A stretch of DNA of 64,000 bases from Octopus sinensis. Taxonomy: Eukaryota. Position 1 is the first letter of the stretch; the number at the start of each line of letters is the position of its first letter. The notes under the pieces are model-generated. The model saw only the letters and a list, made by a program, of their open reading frames with translations. It searched no databases and was not told the DNA's origin. Of the stretch, positions 1-12,648 are shown one piece after another. A program made the translations under genes and the position numbers. The DNA lies in contig NC_042999.1 in the NCBI RefSeq assembly GCF_006345805.1, forward strand, positions 69,812,001 to 69,876,000, in the 5' to 3' direction.

Positions 1-272
1 TCCCCACAGGTGCAGGTGTGAGCGTGGACGCCAACTCCGCCGCCATCGACACACGAAAAAATATGCATTAAAATGGAATAAAAAATGATGTTAAATTATT
101 TTTAAAATCGTAGACTCATCGTAGACGCGCGCTAATATTCAGACGGGTCGATATGAATCACGACTATAAGCTACCCGAATTTGGTTAAACTGCACCGCAA
201 AATGTGGGAGTAGTTAGGAATCTAAATCGAAGGGGACAGACACTCACACAACTACAGTTTTATATATATAGA
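1..272 (-). mobile_element. Non-autonomous Helitron-like element, 5' part (copy truncated by window edge)
   Basis: Near-identical to 2360-2626; ends on the minus strand in 5'-TC(TATATATA). Confidence 0.6.
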
Positions 273-282
273 TATACATAGC

Positions 283-880
283 GCAGTAGTGGTGAGATGT
301 GACAGCAAAGAAAAGCATACATTCACTCTCTGCATGCAATTAGACTCGGAAAGTTCGTGAGGAACTCATTGACCCAATTTGCTGACTTTTCCGATAGCAC
401 ACAGGTCTCAATGAATGGTTGAATGACCAAATCCAAGCTTCTCTGCTAGTTCCTGACAGTACGATGCGATTTTGTTCCACCAGGGTTTTCAGGATGTCCT
501 TGTCGAGTTCTACAGATCTTTCAGGATGAGGCTCGTCTTCTAGGCTGTAGTTTATGGCTCGGAATTTCTGGAACCACCATTGACACTGCCTTACGCTTAT
601 TGTCCAATCCCCATATACTGCATTAATATTCTTGTACTTTCCGTTGCGTTGTTGTCTTTATTGAACTTCATAAAGCAAAATATGCCAAATATGCTCCTTT
701 GTTACTTCCAATATAGCTTTGAAAAAAATAGCTGTTAAAATCCAAATGCACTCTTCAAAATTGCACTATGAATAAGGACAAGATAAAATTACTACCTGCT
801 TTTATAGCAAGTTAATATAAGTAGTTTATCCCATTCCCCTCTGACTTTTAGTTCAAGCTGTTGAAAAAACCGCATTATTA
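283..880 (-). mobile_element. Mariner-type transposase remnant with 5' terminal region
   Basis: Minus strand reads approx. (M)EVTKEHIWHILLYEFNKDNNATESTRNINAVYGDWTISVRQCQWWFQK...LEDEP, a mariner HTH N-terminus with frameshifts; putative terminus TAATAATGCGGTTTTTT abuts a TA run at ~880. Confidence 0.75.
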
Positions 881-1428
881 TATATATATACATACATACA
901 TACATACATACATATACACACACACTCTCTCTCTCTCACACATGCACACATTTATATTCTGTTATTCTTTTATATGTTTCTGCCTTGAGGTTGTGGCCAT
1001 GCTGGATCATGTGTGTGTGTGTGTGTGTGTCTATCTGTCTGTCTGTCTGTATGTATATATGTATATGTATGTGTGTGAACAATAATATTTTCAACAGATG
1101 TGTTGCAAATGTATCTGATTGTTCTCAAGCTTCAATACTGTGTGTGTATGTTTGTGTGTGTGTATGTATGTATGTATATGTATGTATGTATGTATGTATG
1201 TGTGTGTATGTATGTGTGTGTGTGTGTGTGTGTGGTGTATGTATGTATGTATGTTTACTTTATTACTAACACATTGTTCTCAAGCTTCAATACTGTGTGT
1301 GTGTATGTGTGTGTGTGTATGTATGTATGTATATGTATGTATGTGTGTATGTATGTATGTATGTGTGTGTATGTATGTATGTGTGTGTGTGTGTGTGTGT
1401 GTATGTGTGTGTATGTGTGTGTGTGGTG

Positions 1429-1467
<39 letters not shown>

Positions 1468-1500
1468 ATGTATGTATGTATGTATGTATGAGTGTATGTT
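870..1500. repeat. Compound (TA)/(CATA)/(TG)/(TATG) microsatellites with an internally duplicated spacer
   Basis: Direct reading; spacer ATTGTTCTCAAGCTTCAATACTG occurs twice (~1118, ~1273). Confidence 0.9.
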
Positions 1501-1769
1501 TACTTTATTACTAACACAAGCCACTACGGTTATTTAACGTAAAGTCTTCCTCAAATCACTCTCTCTCGCTATTTACTTTCAGTTTAGTCTTCCTCAAATC
1601 ACTCTGTCGCTAATTTACTCTCTTCCAAGAACATTTTCACTCACTCTTATCTGTTAGCTTCCCATACATTTTACTCATGTATCTATCAGCGTGATGACAG
1701 AAACAAATATTACATCTAGTTTCACTTTATTCGTTGCACACTGTGTGTGTGCGTTTGCGTGTGCTGTAA

Positions 1770-1986
1770 ACCAGACTAAGAAAAGCATTTGACACACACA
1801 CCAGAATGTGAGTTTTCTGTAAATTTTGCTTAATTGGAGTTTAAATTTTAAAAACTGGACCTGGCATGACGCGATGCATTGTACTCTTAAAAATGCTAGG
1901 TAAATTGTAATTGAAGAAATCCTATATTGTAGATTTGTATAACTCCCAAAGGGAGGCAGATAAAATCTGCCTTTTATAATAAGAGA
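1770..1986 (-). mobile_element. Helitron-like element 5' region (copy 1)
   Basis: Minus strand starts A|TCTCTTATTATAAAAGG; subterminal hairpin AGGCAGAT-AAA-ATCTGCCT; duplicated at 3620-3844. 3' end not identified. Confidence 0.4.
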
Positions 1987-1996
1987 TATATATATA

Positions 1997-2626
1997 CTAG
2001 CAGTATCGCCCGGTGTTGCTCGGGTTTGTAAGGGAAATAACTATATAAGCATTTTTAGAGAGTTATAGCCAAAAAATAGCAAAAAATGCATCAAAAATGG
2101 AAAAAATATGATGGTAAATTTTTTTAAAATCGTTGACTCATCGTAGACATTTTTAGAGAGTTACTTCCCTTATATAATAGCGAAAAAATGCATAAAAATG
2201 GAAAAAAACGATGGTAAATTTTTTTTAAATCGTAGACTCATGTAGACGCTTTCTTAGCCATTTCTGTTTTGGTGTCTTCAAGCCATGAAGTCGGTTGTTC
2301 TAAGAACGCTGGTCTCCTTGACAACGCATTACGACGTTGATTTCCTTACACTCCCTTCCCCACAGGTGCAGGTGTGAGCGTGGACGCCAACTCCGCCGCC
2401 ATCGACACACGAAATTATGCATTAAAATGGAATAAAAAATGATGTTAAATTATTTTTAAATCGTAGACTCATCGTAGACGCGCGCTAATATTCAGACGGG
2501 CTCGATATGAATCACGACTATAAGCTACCCGAATTTGGTTAAACTGCACCGCAAAATGTGGGAGTAGTTAGGAATCTAAATCGAAGGGGACAGACAGTCA
2601 CACAACTACAGTTTTATATATATAGA
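1997..2626 (-). mobile_element. Non-autonomous Helitron (complete ends)
   Basis: Minus strand 5'-TC at 2626-2625; 3' hairpin CCCGAGCAACACCGGG followed by CTAG at 2000-1997; sits between A and T in a TA run. Confidence 0.8.
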
Positions 2627-2635
2627 TATACATAG

Positions 2636-2997
2636 CGCAGTAGTGGTGAGATGTGACAGCAAAGAAAAGCATACAGTCACTCTCTGCATGCAATTAGACT
2701 CGGAAAGTTCGTGAGGAACCCATTGACCCAATTTGCTGACTTTTCCGATAGCACACAGGTCTCAATGAATGGTTGAATGACCAAATCCAAGCTTCTCTGC
2801 TAGTTCCTGAACAGTTACGATGCGATTTTGTTCCACCAGGGTTTTCAGGATGTCCTTGTCGAGTTCTACAGATCTTTCAGGATGAGGCTCGTCTTCTAGG
2901 CTGTAGTTTATGGCTCGGGATTTCTGGAACCACCATTGACACTGCCTTACGCTTATTGTCCAATCCCCATATACTGCATTAATATTTCTTGTACTTT
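2636..2997 (-). mobile_element. Mariner remnant (duplicate of 283-640, lacking the 5' ~305 bp)
   Basis: ORF 2762-3064 contains STRNINAVYGDWTISVRQCQWWFQK...LEDEPHPERSVELDKDILKTLVEQN...LAEKLGFGHSTI (mariner HTH). Confidence 0.75.
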
Positions 2998-3270
2998 GCA
3001 CACATTTATATTCTGTTATTCTTTTATATGTTTCAGCCTTGAGGTTGTGGCCATGCTGGATCATGTGTGTGTGTGTGTGTGTGGTCTATCTGTCTGTCTG
3101 TCTGTATGTATATATGTATATGTATGTGTGTGAACAATAATATTTTCAACAGATGTGTTGCAAATGTATCTGATTGTTCTCAAGCTTCAATACTGTGTGT
3201 GTGTGGTATATGTATGTATGTATGTCTGTATGTATGTATGTGTGTATGTATGTATGTATGTATGTATGTA

Positions 3271-3303
<33 letters not shown>

Positions 3304-3619
3304 GTGTGTGTGTGTGTGTGTTTGTGTGTATGTATGTATGTATGTATGATGTATGTATGTATGAGTGTATGTTTACTTTATTACTAACACAAGCCACTAC
3401 GGTTATTTAATGTAAAGTCTTCCTCAAATCACTCTCTCTCCGCTATTACTCTCTCCAAGAACATTTTCACTCACTCTTAGATCTTAGCTTCCCATACATT
3501 TTACTCATGTATCTATCAGCGTCATAGACAGAATACTTTCAGTTTAGTCTTCCTCAAATCACTCTGTCGCTATTTACTTTCATTTTATTCGTTGCCCACT
3601 GTGTATGTGCGTTTGCGTG

Positions 3620-3844
3620 TGGTGTAAACCAGACTAAGAAAAGCATTTGACACACACACCAGAATGTGAGTTTTCTGTAAATTTTGCTTAATTGTAGTTT
3701 AAATTTTAAAAACTGGACCTGGCATGACGCGATGCATTGTACTCTTAAAAATGCTAGGTAAATTGTAATTGAAGAAATCCTATATTGTAGATTTGTATAA
3801 CTCCCAAAGGGAGGCAGATAAAATCTGCCTTTTATAATAAGAGA
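3620..3844 (-). mobile_element. Helitron-like element 5' region (copy 2)
   Basis: Near-identical to 1770-1986. Confidence 0.4.
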
Positions 3845-3845
3845 T

Positions 3846-3849
3846 ACAT

Positions 3850-3898
<49 letters not shown>

Positions 3899-5826
3899 TA
3901 TATATACATACACATATATATACATATATATATACACATATACATATATATATACACATATACACATATACATATATATATACATATACATATATATATA
4001 CATACATATATATATACATATACATATATATATACATATACATATATATATATACATACATATATATATACATATACATATATATATACATATATATATA
4101 CATATACATATATATATACATATACACATATATACATACACATATACATATATATAGATACACATACATATATATATAGATACACATACACATATATATA
4201 CATACACATATATATATATATACACATATATATATATACACATATATGTATGTATGTATATATACATGCATGTATATATATATATGTATGTATGTATATA
4301 TACATGTATGTATATATGTGCATGTATGTATGTATATATATATACATGTATGTATATGTGTATGTATGTAAGTATACATGTATGTATTGATGTGTATGCA
4401 TGTATACATGTATGTATAGATGTGTATGTATGTATACATGTATGTATAGATGTGTATGCATGTATGTATGTATACATGTATGTAAAGATGTGCATGCATG
4501 TATGTATATATACATGTATGTATAGATGTGCATGCATGTATGTATATATACATGTATGTATAGATGTGCATGCATGTATGTAAAAATGTGTATGCATATA
4601 CATGTATGTATATATGTGTATGCATATACACGTATGTATATATGTGTATGGATATACACGTATGTATATATGTGTATGCATATACACGTATGTATATATG
4701 TGTATGCATATACACGTATGTATATATGTGTATGCATATACACGTATGTATATATGTGTATGCATATACACGTATGTATATATGTGTATGCATATACACG
4801 TATGTATATATGTGTATGCATATAAACATATGTATATATGTGTATGCATGTATGCATATACACGTATGTACATATGTGTATGCATGTATGCATATACACG
4901 TATGTATATATGTGTATGCATGTATGCATATACACGTATGTACATATATGTATGCATATACACGTATGTTTATATGTGTATGCATGTATGCATGTACACA
5001 TATGTATGCATGTATGCATGTACACATATGTATATATGTGTATGCATGTATGCATATACACATGTATATATGTGTATGTATGCATATACACGTATGTATA
5101 TATGTGTATGCATATACACGTATGTATATATGTGTATGCACGTATGCATATACACATATGTATATATGTGTATGCATGTTTGCATATACACGTATGTATA
5201 TATGTGTATGCATGTCTGCATATACACGTATGTATATATGTGTATGCATATACACATATGTATATATGTGTATGCATGTTTGCATATACACGTATGTATA
5301 TATGTGTATGCATGTCTTCATATACACGTATGTATATATGTGTATGCATATACACGTATGTATATATGCGTATGCATATACACGTACGTATATATGTGTA
5401 TGCATATACACGTATGTATATATGTGTATGCATATACACGTATGTATATATGTGTATGCATATACACGTATGTATATATGTGTATGCATATATGCATATA
5501 CACGTATGTATATATGTGTATGCATGTATGCATATACACGTATGTATATATGTGTATGCATGTATGCATATACACGTATGTATATATGTGTATGCAGGTA
5601 TGCATATACACGTATGTATATATGTGTATGCATGTATGCATATACACGTATGTATATATGTGTATGCATGTATGCATATACACGTATGTATATATGTGTA
5701 TGCATGTATGCATATACACGTATGTATATATGTGTATGCATGTATGCATATACACATATGTATCTATGTATATGCATGTATGCATATATGTATATGCATC
5801 TATACGTATGTATATACACGTATGTA
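3846..5826. repeat. ~2-kb alternating purine-pyrimidine micro/minisatellite (TA, then CATATATA, then 28/36-bp CATATACACGTATGTATATATGTGTATG units)
   Basis: Direct reading; it explains all 300-680 aa Y/I/H/T/C/V/M ORFs in the track. Confidence 0.95.
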
Positions 5827-6533
5827 TCTTTACATATATAAAACTGAGAATGTGTGTCTGTCTGTCTGTGTGTTTCCCTAAAACTTGAGAACTACACAAC
5901 CAATTTCATTCAAATTTTACATATGTCTTACTTAGCGTCCGGGGAGTGTTATCGGCAAAAAAATGTTCAACTTCTTTCCTACAGCGAGCCCATAGCAATA
6001 TCATATCTTCTCCACTATTTCAGTATTACGTGTTAAAAGTGAAACAAAAATATTTCTAAAGTTTATGTCAGTTGCTTTCACTTTAACAATAAAAATAATA
6101 ATAACAATTGAATTATATGTAGTAAGTAATAATTAAAATCAAACTAAAGTATAATATAAGTAAAAATAGCAATTGGTATAAAATTGCATCAATGATTTGC
6201 ACTTGAATAAGTGGTTTCACATGAATGGGAATTAAATTAAAAATTAGCGTGCAGAAATGGAATAGTCCAGATGGATAATAATAAATTAAATTAAAGAAAA
6301 GTCCATTGTCTATAAAGTATACAATGTAGAGAAAAAAGAAGAGCTAACGATTGCAGTCTGTTATATATTTTGAGTATTGTTATCACTAGAAATATCAAGA
6401 TATAACTTTGTATTTTACATTTTATGTGTAGATTTATATATATATAGATGTACATGTAATATGTACACATATATATACGCATATATACATGCACTAGCAC
6501 TATGACCCGGCAACGACGGGTCTTTAATGCTTG
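5827..6533 (+). mobile_element. Non-autonomous Helitron-like element (family B, 707 bp)
   Basis: A|TC start; 3' hairpin GACCCG-GCAACGA-CGGGTC followed by degenerate terminus CTTG|T; second copy at 8489-9195. Confidence 0.6.
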
Positions 6534-6562
6534 TATATGTATATATACATATATGTATATAT

Positions 6563-8400
6563 GATTGATTGATTGATTCTAGTTTCAGCTTATGAGCTGT
6601 GGCCATGCTGGGGCACCGCCATTTGGTGTTGCTACTTGGTTTCACTTCATGGAGGCTTTCTAGCAACTGCTATTTGGTGCATGAGAGAGTTCGATGCAGC
6701 TGCCCCTCCTGCCGTGAAGTTGGTTCATCTGGGACACCTGACAGGAAGAGATCCAGCTTCATTTTAAAGACATCTGTATCCACCCCATGCAGGTCTCTCA
6801 GGTTCTTCGGGAGGATATTGAAGAGCTGTGGGCCTCGGAAGCCCAGGCTATCACAGAATCTTGTCCTACATCTTGATGGCAGGTTTGGAGTCCTAGGCAC
6901 CACGCAGTGGCGCCCAGTTCTGGCATTTGCGTAACTCTCGATGCCAAAGTTCAGGACACTTCCCTCCAGGATCTTCCAGATGTATATTATGGCATATCTT
7001 TCCCGCCTACGCTCCAGGGAATATAATTTTAATCTCTTGAGTCTTTCCCAGTAGCTTACATTCTGCATAGAGGCTATCTTCTTTGTGTAGCTTCGTTGGA
7101 TCGCCTCAAGTTCTGTGATCAACTTGACACTGGATGGTGACCATAGCTGAGAGCAATAGTCAAAGTGGCTTAGGACAAGTGTCTTCCAGAGGACCATCAT
7201 GGTTTTTTGTTCTCTTGTTCTAAAGGTTCTAAGAATCCATCCAGCCAGCCGTCTACATTTCATTGTCAGTTTAGCAACATGTACATGAAAGGTCGCGTCA
7301 TCACTCATGTGAATACCCAGGTCACGCACTGATTGTGCCTCTGGGATTGCAATCCCTCCGGGTCCAGTGTATTCATTGGGTATTGCATTCAGTTTTGCAT
7401 GCTGATAGTATAAAGCTTGAAACTTTCCAGCATTGAACTGCATGCTATTCTTTTCAGCCAACTTGTATATTTCGTCCAGCTCACATTGCAGGTGTTTAGT
7501 GTCCTCAGGGTTCTGTATTGCCTGTGAAACTTTTGTATCATCTGCATAACTTGTGATCGTGGCTCTCTGCGTGGCTGAGGGCATGTCTGAGAGGGCCATT
7601 ATGAACAGTAGTGGTCCCAGAACAGTGCCCTGCGGAACACCGCTCACTATTTGTGTGTTAATGGAGGTGGCCCCATTGGCTACTACCACCTGACTTCTAT
7701 CCTTCAGAAAGTCATGAAGCCATTCTCCCAGTTTTCCAACTATGTTGAGATCACGCAGTTTGTGACATCATTCCATGATCGACTTTATCAAAGGCCTTTG
7801 CAAAGTCGAGATATATGACTTCCACATTTGAGTGGTTGAGCAGCCGTTTCAGCACCCAGTCATAGTGTTGTAGGAGCTGAGTTAAACAGCTTCTCCCTGG
7901 TCGGAAACCATGTTGGGTGTCGGGCAGCAAGTCATTCTCTTCAAGGAAGGTGATCAGCTTCCTTCTGACTATTCGTTCCATGACCTTGCTGATGTGTGAG
8001 GTCAGAGAGATAGGTCTATAGTTCTTGGCTTCCGCTCTGCTACCTCCTTTATGAATGGGGCATATTTTACCTTCCTTCAGTTTTCCTGGAAGTTTGCCAG
8101 CTGCAAGGAAGCTCTGAAAGAGGAACTGCAGTGGTCTTGCTAGGACTCTCTTACATGCTTTTAGGAGGATTGCCGGGAATCCATCGGGGCCAGTAGCTGA
8201 GTCTGTTTTCATTTCATCTATAGCCTTGGTTACATCGTCTTCCTTTATATCGATGTAATCTATCGTCGCCGCCTCTGATTTTATATCTGCAGTGGTAAAA
8301 AAGTCAGTTGGATTGGTGATTTGGAGATGCCCAAGGGGTGGAGTGAAAACACTCTTGAATTGCTCATTCAGTATTTCACTTACCCTCATTGGTTTTCCTG
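6563..8400 (-). mobile_element. CR1-clade LINE, 5'-truncated, relatively young (RT domain and 3' end)
   Basis: ORFs 7751-8389 and 6670-7689 give NYRPISLTS, QHGFRPGRSCLTQL, YLDFAKAFDKVDH, GVPQGTVLGPLLF, YADDTK and a CR1-type C-terminus (LYSLERRRER...GPQLFNILP); one frameshift; (AATC)n tail at 6563-6578. Confidence 0.9.
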
Positions 8401-8488
8401 TATATATATATATATATATATGTATCTATGTATATGCATGTATGCATATATGTATATGCATCTATACGTATGTATATACACGTATGTA

Positions 8489-9195
8489 TCTTTACATATA
8501 TAAAACTGAGAATGTGTATCTGTCTGTCTGTGTGTTTCCCTAAAACTTGAGAACTACACAACCAATTTCATTCAAATTTTACATATGTCTTACTTAGCGT
8601 CCGGGGAGTGTTATCGGCAAAAAAATGTTCAACTTCTTTCCTACAGCGAGCCCATAGCAATATCATATCTTCTCCACTATTTCAGTATTACGTGTTAAAA
8701 GTGAAACAAAAATATTTCTATATTTTATGTCAGTTGCTTTCACTTTAACAATAAAAATAATAATAACAATTGAATTATATGTAGTAAGTAATAATTAAAA
8801 TCAAACTAAAGTATAATATAAGTAAAAATAGCAATTGGTATAAAATTGCATCAATGATTTGCACTTGAATAAGTGGTTTCACATGAATGGGAATTAAATT
8901 AAAAATTAGCGTGCAGAAATGGAATAGTCCAGATGGATAATAATAAATTAAATTAAAGAAAAGTCCATTGTCTATAAAGTATACAATGTAGAGAAAAAAG
9001 AAGAGCTAACGATTGCAGTCTGTTATATATTTTGAGTATTGTTATCACTAGAAATATCAAGATATAACTTTGTATTTTACATTTTATGTGTAGATTTATA
9101 TATATATAGATGTACATGTAATATGTACACATATATATACGCATATATACATGCACTAGCACTATGACCCGGCAACGACGGGTCTTTAATGCTTG
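8489..9195 (+). mobile_element. Non-autonomous Helitron-like element (family B, duplicate)
   Basis: Same length and only a few substitutions relative to 5827-6533. Confidence 0.6.
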
Positions 9196-9224
9196 TATAT
9201 GTATATATACATATATGTATATAT

Positions 9225-12200
9225 GATTGATTGATTGATTCTAGTTTCAGCTTATGAGCTGTGGCCATGCTGGGGCACCGCCATTTGTGTTACTACATGA
9301 TTTTTCTTCACGAATGCTTTTTAGCAATTGCCATTTGGTGCATGAGAGAGTTTGATGCGGTTGCCCTTATCTGCACCTCCTGCCATGAAGTTGGTTTATC
9401 TGGGACACCTGACAGGAAGAAATCCTGTTTTATTTTAAAGACATCTGCATCCACCCCATGCAGGTCTCTTAGGTTCTTCAGGAGGATATTGAAGAGCTTT
9501 GGGCCTCTGAAGCTCAGGCTATCACAGTATATTTTCCTACATCTTGATGGCAAATTTGGAGTCCTTGGCACTATGCAGTGGCGCCCAGTTCTAGCATTTG
9601 TGTAACTCTCGATGCCAAAGTTTGGGACAAGTCCTTCTAGGATCTTCCAGATGTATATTATGGCATATCTTTCTCGCCTATGCTCTAAGGAATAGAGTCT
9701 TAATCTCTTGAGTCTTTCCCAGTAGCTTATATGCTGCACAGAGGCTATCTTCTTCGTGTAGCTTTGTTGGATCGCCTCAAGTTCTGTGATTAACTTGATA
9801 CTGGATGGTAACCATAGCTAAGAACAATAGTCAAAGTGGCTTAGGATAAGTGTCCTCCAGAGGACCATCATGGTTTCCTGGTCTCTTGTTCTAAAGGTTC
9901 TAAGAATCCATCTGGTCAGCCGCCTACATTTCATTGCCAATTTAGCAACATGCACATGAAAGGTTGCATTATTACTCATGTAAATACCCAGGTCTCGCAC
10001 TGATTTTGCCTCTGGGATTGCAATCCCCCCAGGTCCAGTGTATTTATTGGGTATTGCATTTAGTTTTGCATGCTGATATCATAAAGCTTGAAACTTTTCA
10101 GCATTGAACTGCATGCTATTCAGTTTAGCCCACTTGTATATTTTGTCCAGCTTACATTGCAGGTGTTTAGTGTCTCCAGGGTTCTGTATTACCTGTAAAA
10201 CTTTTGTATCATCAGCATAACGTGTGATCGTGGCTCTCTGCGTGGCTGAGGGCATGTCTGAGGCGGCCATTATGAATAGCAGTGGTCCCAAAACATTGCC
10301 TTGTGGAACACCGCTCACTATCTGCGTTATTGGAGGTGGCCCCATTGGCTACCACCACCTGACTTCTATCCTTCAGAAAGTCATGAAGCCATTCTCTCAA
10401 TTTTCTTACTATGCCAAGATCATGCAGATTGTGACATATCATTCCATGATCAACTTTATCAAAGGCCTTTGCAAAGTCTAGATATATCACTTCCACATTT
10501 GAGTGGTTGACCAGTTGTTTCAGCACCCAGTCATAGTGTTGTAGGAGCTGAGTTAAGAAGCTTCTTCCTGGTCGGAAACCATGTTGGGTGTCAGGCAGCA
10601 AGTTATTTTCTTCAAGGAAGGCAATTAGTTTCCTTCTGACTATTCGTTCCTTGACCTTGCTGATGTGTGAGGTCAGAGAGATAGGTCTGTAGTTCTTGGC
10701 CTCCACTCCGCTACCTCCTTTATGAATAGGGCATATTTTAACCTCCTTCAGTTTTCTTGGAAGTTTGCCAGTTCTAAGGAAGCTCTGAAAGAGGAACTGC
10801 AGTGGTCTTGCTAGGACTCTCTTACATACTTTTAGTAGGATTGCTGGGAATCCATCGGGGCCAGTAGTTGAGATTGGGTTCATTTCATCGTCTTCCTTTA
10901 TATTGATGTAATCAATCATCGTTGCCTCTGATTTCATATCTGCAGTGGTAAAGAAGTCAGTTGGATTGCTGACTTGAAAATGCCCTAGAGGTGGAGTGAA
11001 AATACTTTTGAATTGCTCATTTAGTATTTCACTTATCCTCATTGGATTTCCTGTGAGTGTACTATCTTTTTCAAGGAGTGACCCTATCCTACAGTGCACC
11101 ATAGCTGTTTCTTTGGAAAACTTGTATAAAGCTCTGGGGTTAGATTTTATGTTGTCTATAGCCCAGGCTTCTTTGTCTGCTCTTTCTTTTTCATGGGAGA
11201 GTTGCAGACATTTTTCAATTTCCAGCAGTTTTATTTTCAGGCGGGACTTTTCACTGCTTTCAATTTGTTTGTTTAGGCGATTTGAAACTTTTGTATGCCG
11301 TCTCATTAGAATTTTCCTCTCTCTGAGGAGTTTGTTCTTGTGTATAGTGGCCTTTCTCTCTGGGACACATTTGTAGCATATGGCTTGCATTACAGACATG
11401 AATTGTTGAAGTTTCATGTCGATGTCTGGTGAGGATAGACATTCAGGCCAGTTTTGTTTGAGGATCTCTTTCTCAATTTGTTTCCAGTTTGCTTTATGGA
11501 AGTTCAAGCTGGAAAGATTCTGAGAGTTTCTTGTAGGTTGCATGTCCATGCTTTCCTTTGGCCCGTACATGGTCAGCTCTAACATGTTGTGATCCAAGAG
11601 TAGGGTCGGTGTCACTTTCACATTATGGATGAGATCCATATTATTTGTGAAGCAGAGATCCAGTATGTTACCTGCCCTGGTTGGTTGGAGTATTATTTGC
11701 TCCATGTGCAGAGTGGAGGGACCTCGCCTGTCCTTGTTCGCATCGTGTCATTCCTGGGAGAGAAAGGCCCTTGGGCCATCTGACATTGGGCAGATTGAAG
11801 TCTCCTATAAGAAGTACACTTATGTGTTGTTTTAATATGACTAGAACTTCTATTTTTGTAAGGCAGTCTTCAAAATTGCCTACATGACTTGGAGCATCTG
11901 GAGGACGATATGTAGCACATATAACTACACCGAGTTGCCTTATATGTACAATTAGTGTGTCACACGCCGAATTTGAGTATGACAAAAGGACCTGGGGTGT
12001 GAGGTCCTCACGGATGTACATAGCAACTCCTCCATGACTCCTTTCTTTTCTGTCGGTCCGTAGTACAACATACTGTGGTATATGTATTTCTGCATCTGCT
12101 ATGTCCGGTTTCAGGTGTGTTTCCGTAAATGCTATGCATAAGGCTTGATTGCATGCAACAAAGTCTCTCAAGAACGGGATTTTTGTCCTATTACTGAGTG

Positions 12201-12510
12201 TTAGCAGTCCTCTGATGTTCAGTAGGAGCATCGAGGTGATGTGTGTGTTGTTGCCAATGGTGTCCACCTTGGGTCTATTTGCTGTGGTGGTCTTGTGTAT
12301 TGTGGATAGTCCCATCTGTGAGTTTGAGTTTGATGGAGCCAGGTTAGCTGCTGTACAATCTTTTGTGCCATGTACAAAAAAAGATTCTTGTTCAGCAGCT
12401 GCCCTTTCAATAACATGTTGATGGTTTGTAACATGCACTACATCTGTGTACCTCCGTTTTGGGGCAGGTGGTGCGTAGTCCTTTCCTTTTCCTTTATGTG
12501 GCAGGGTTTT
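9225..12510 (-). mobile_element. CR1-clade LINE, decayed, ORF1 C-terminus plus ORF2 (APE endonuclease and RT)
   Basis: APE motifs LLNIRGL, AFTETHL, GGVAMY, YRPP, IGDFNLP (11668-12621); RT motifs in 10212-11705 and 10079-10345 (YADDTK); several stops and frameshifts; (AATC)n tail. Confidence 0.9.
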
Positions 12511-12519
12511 TGGTGTGTA

Positions 12520-12568
12520 TATAAATATATATACACCAAAATATACACTTTGGTGTATATATGTATAT

Positions 12569-12610
<42 letters not shown>

Positions 12611-12648
12611 CACATATGCACACATATATATAGATATACACAAACACT

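Noticed and set aside
861-5899. Many long ORFs (up to 679 aa) rich in Y, I, H, T, C, V, M
   Set aside because: They are translations of RY microsatellites, which lack stop codons in several frames; there are no protein-like features.
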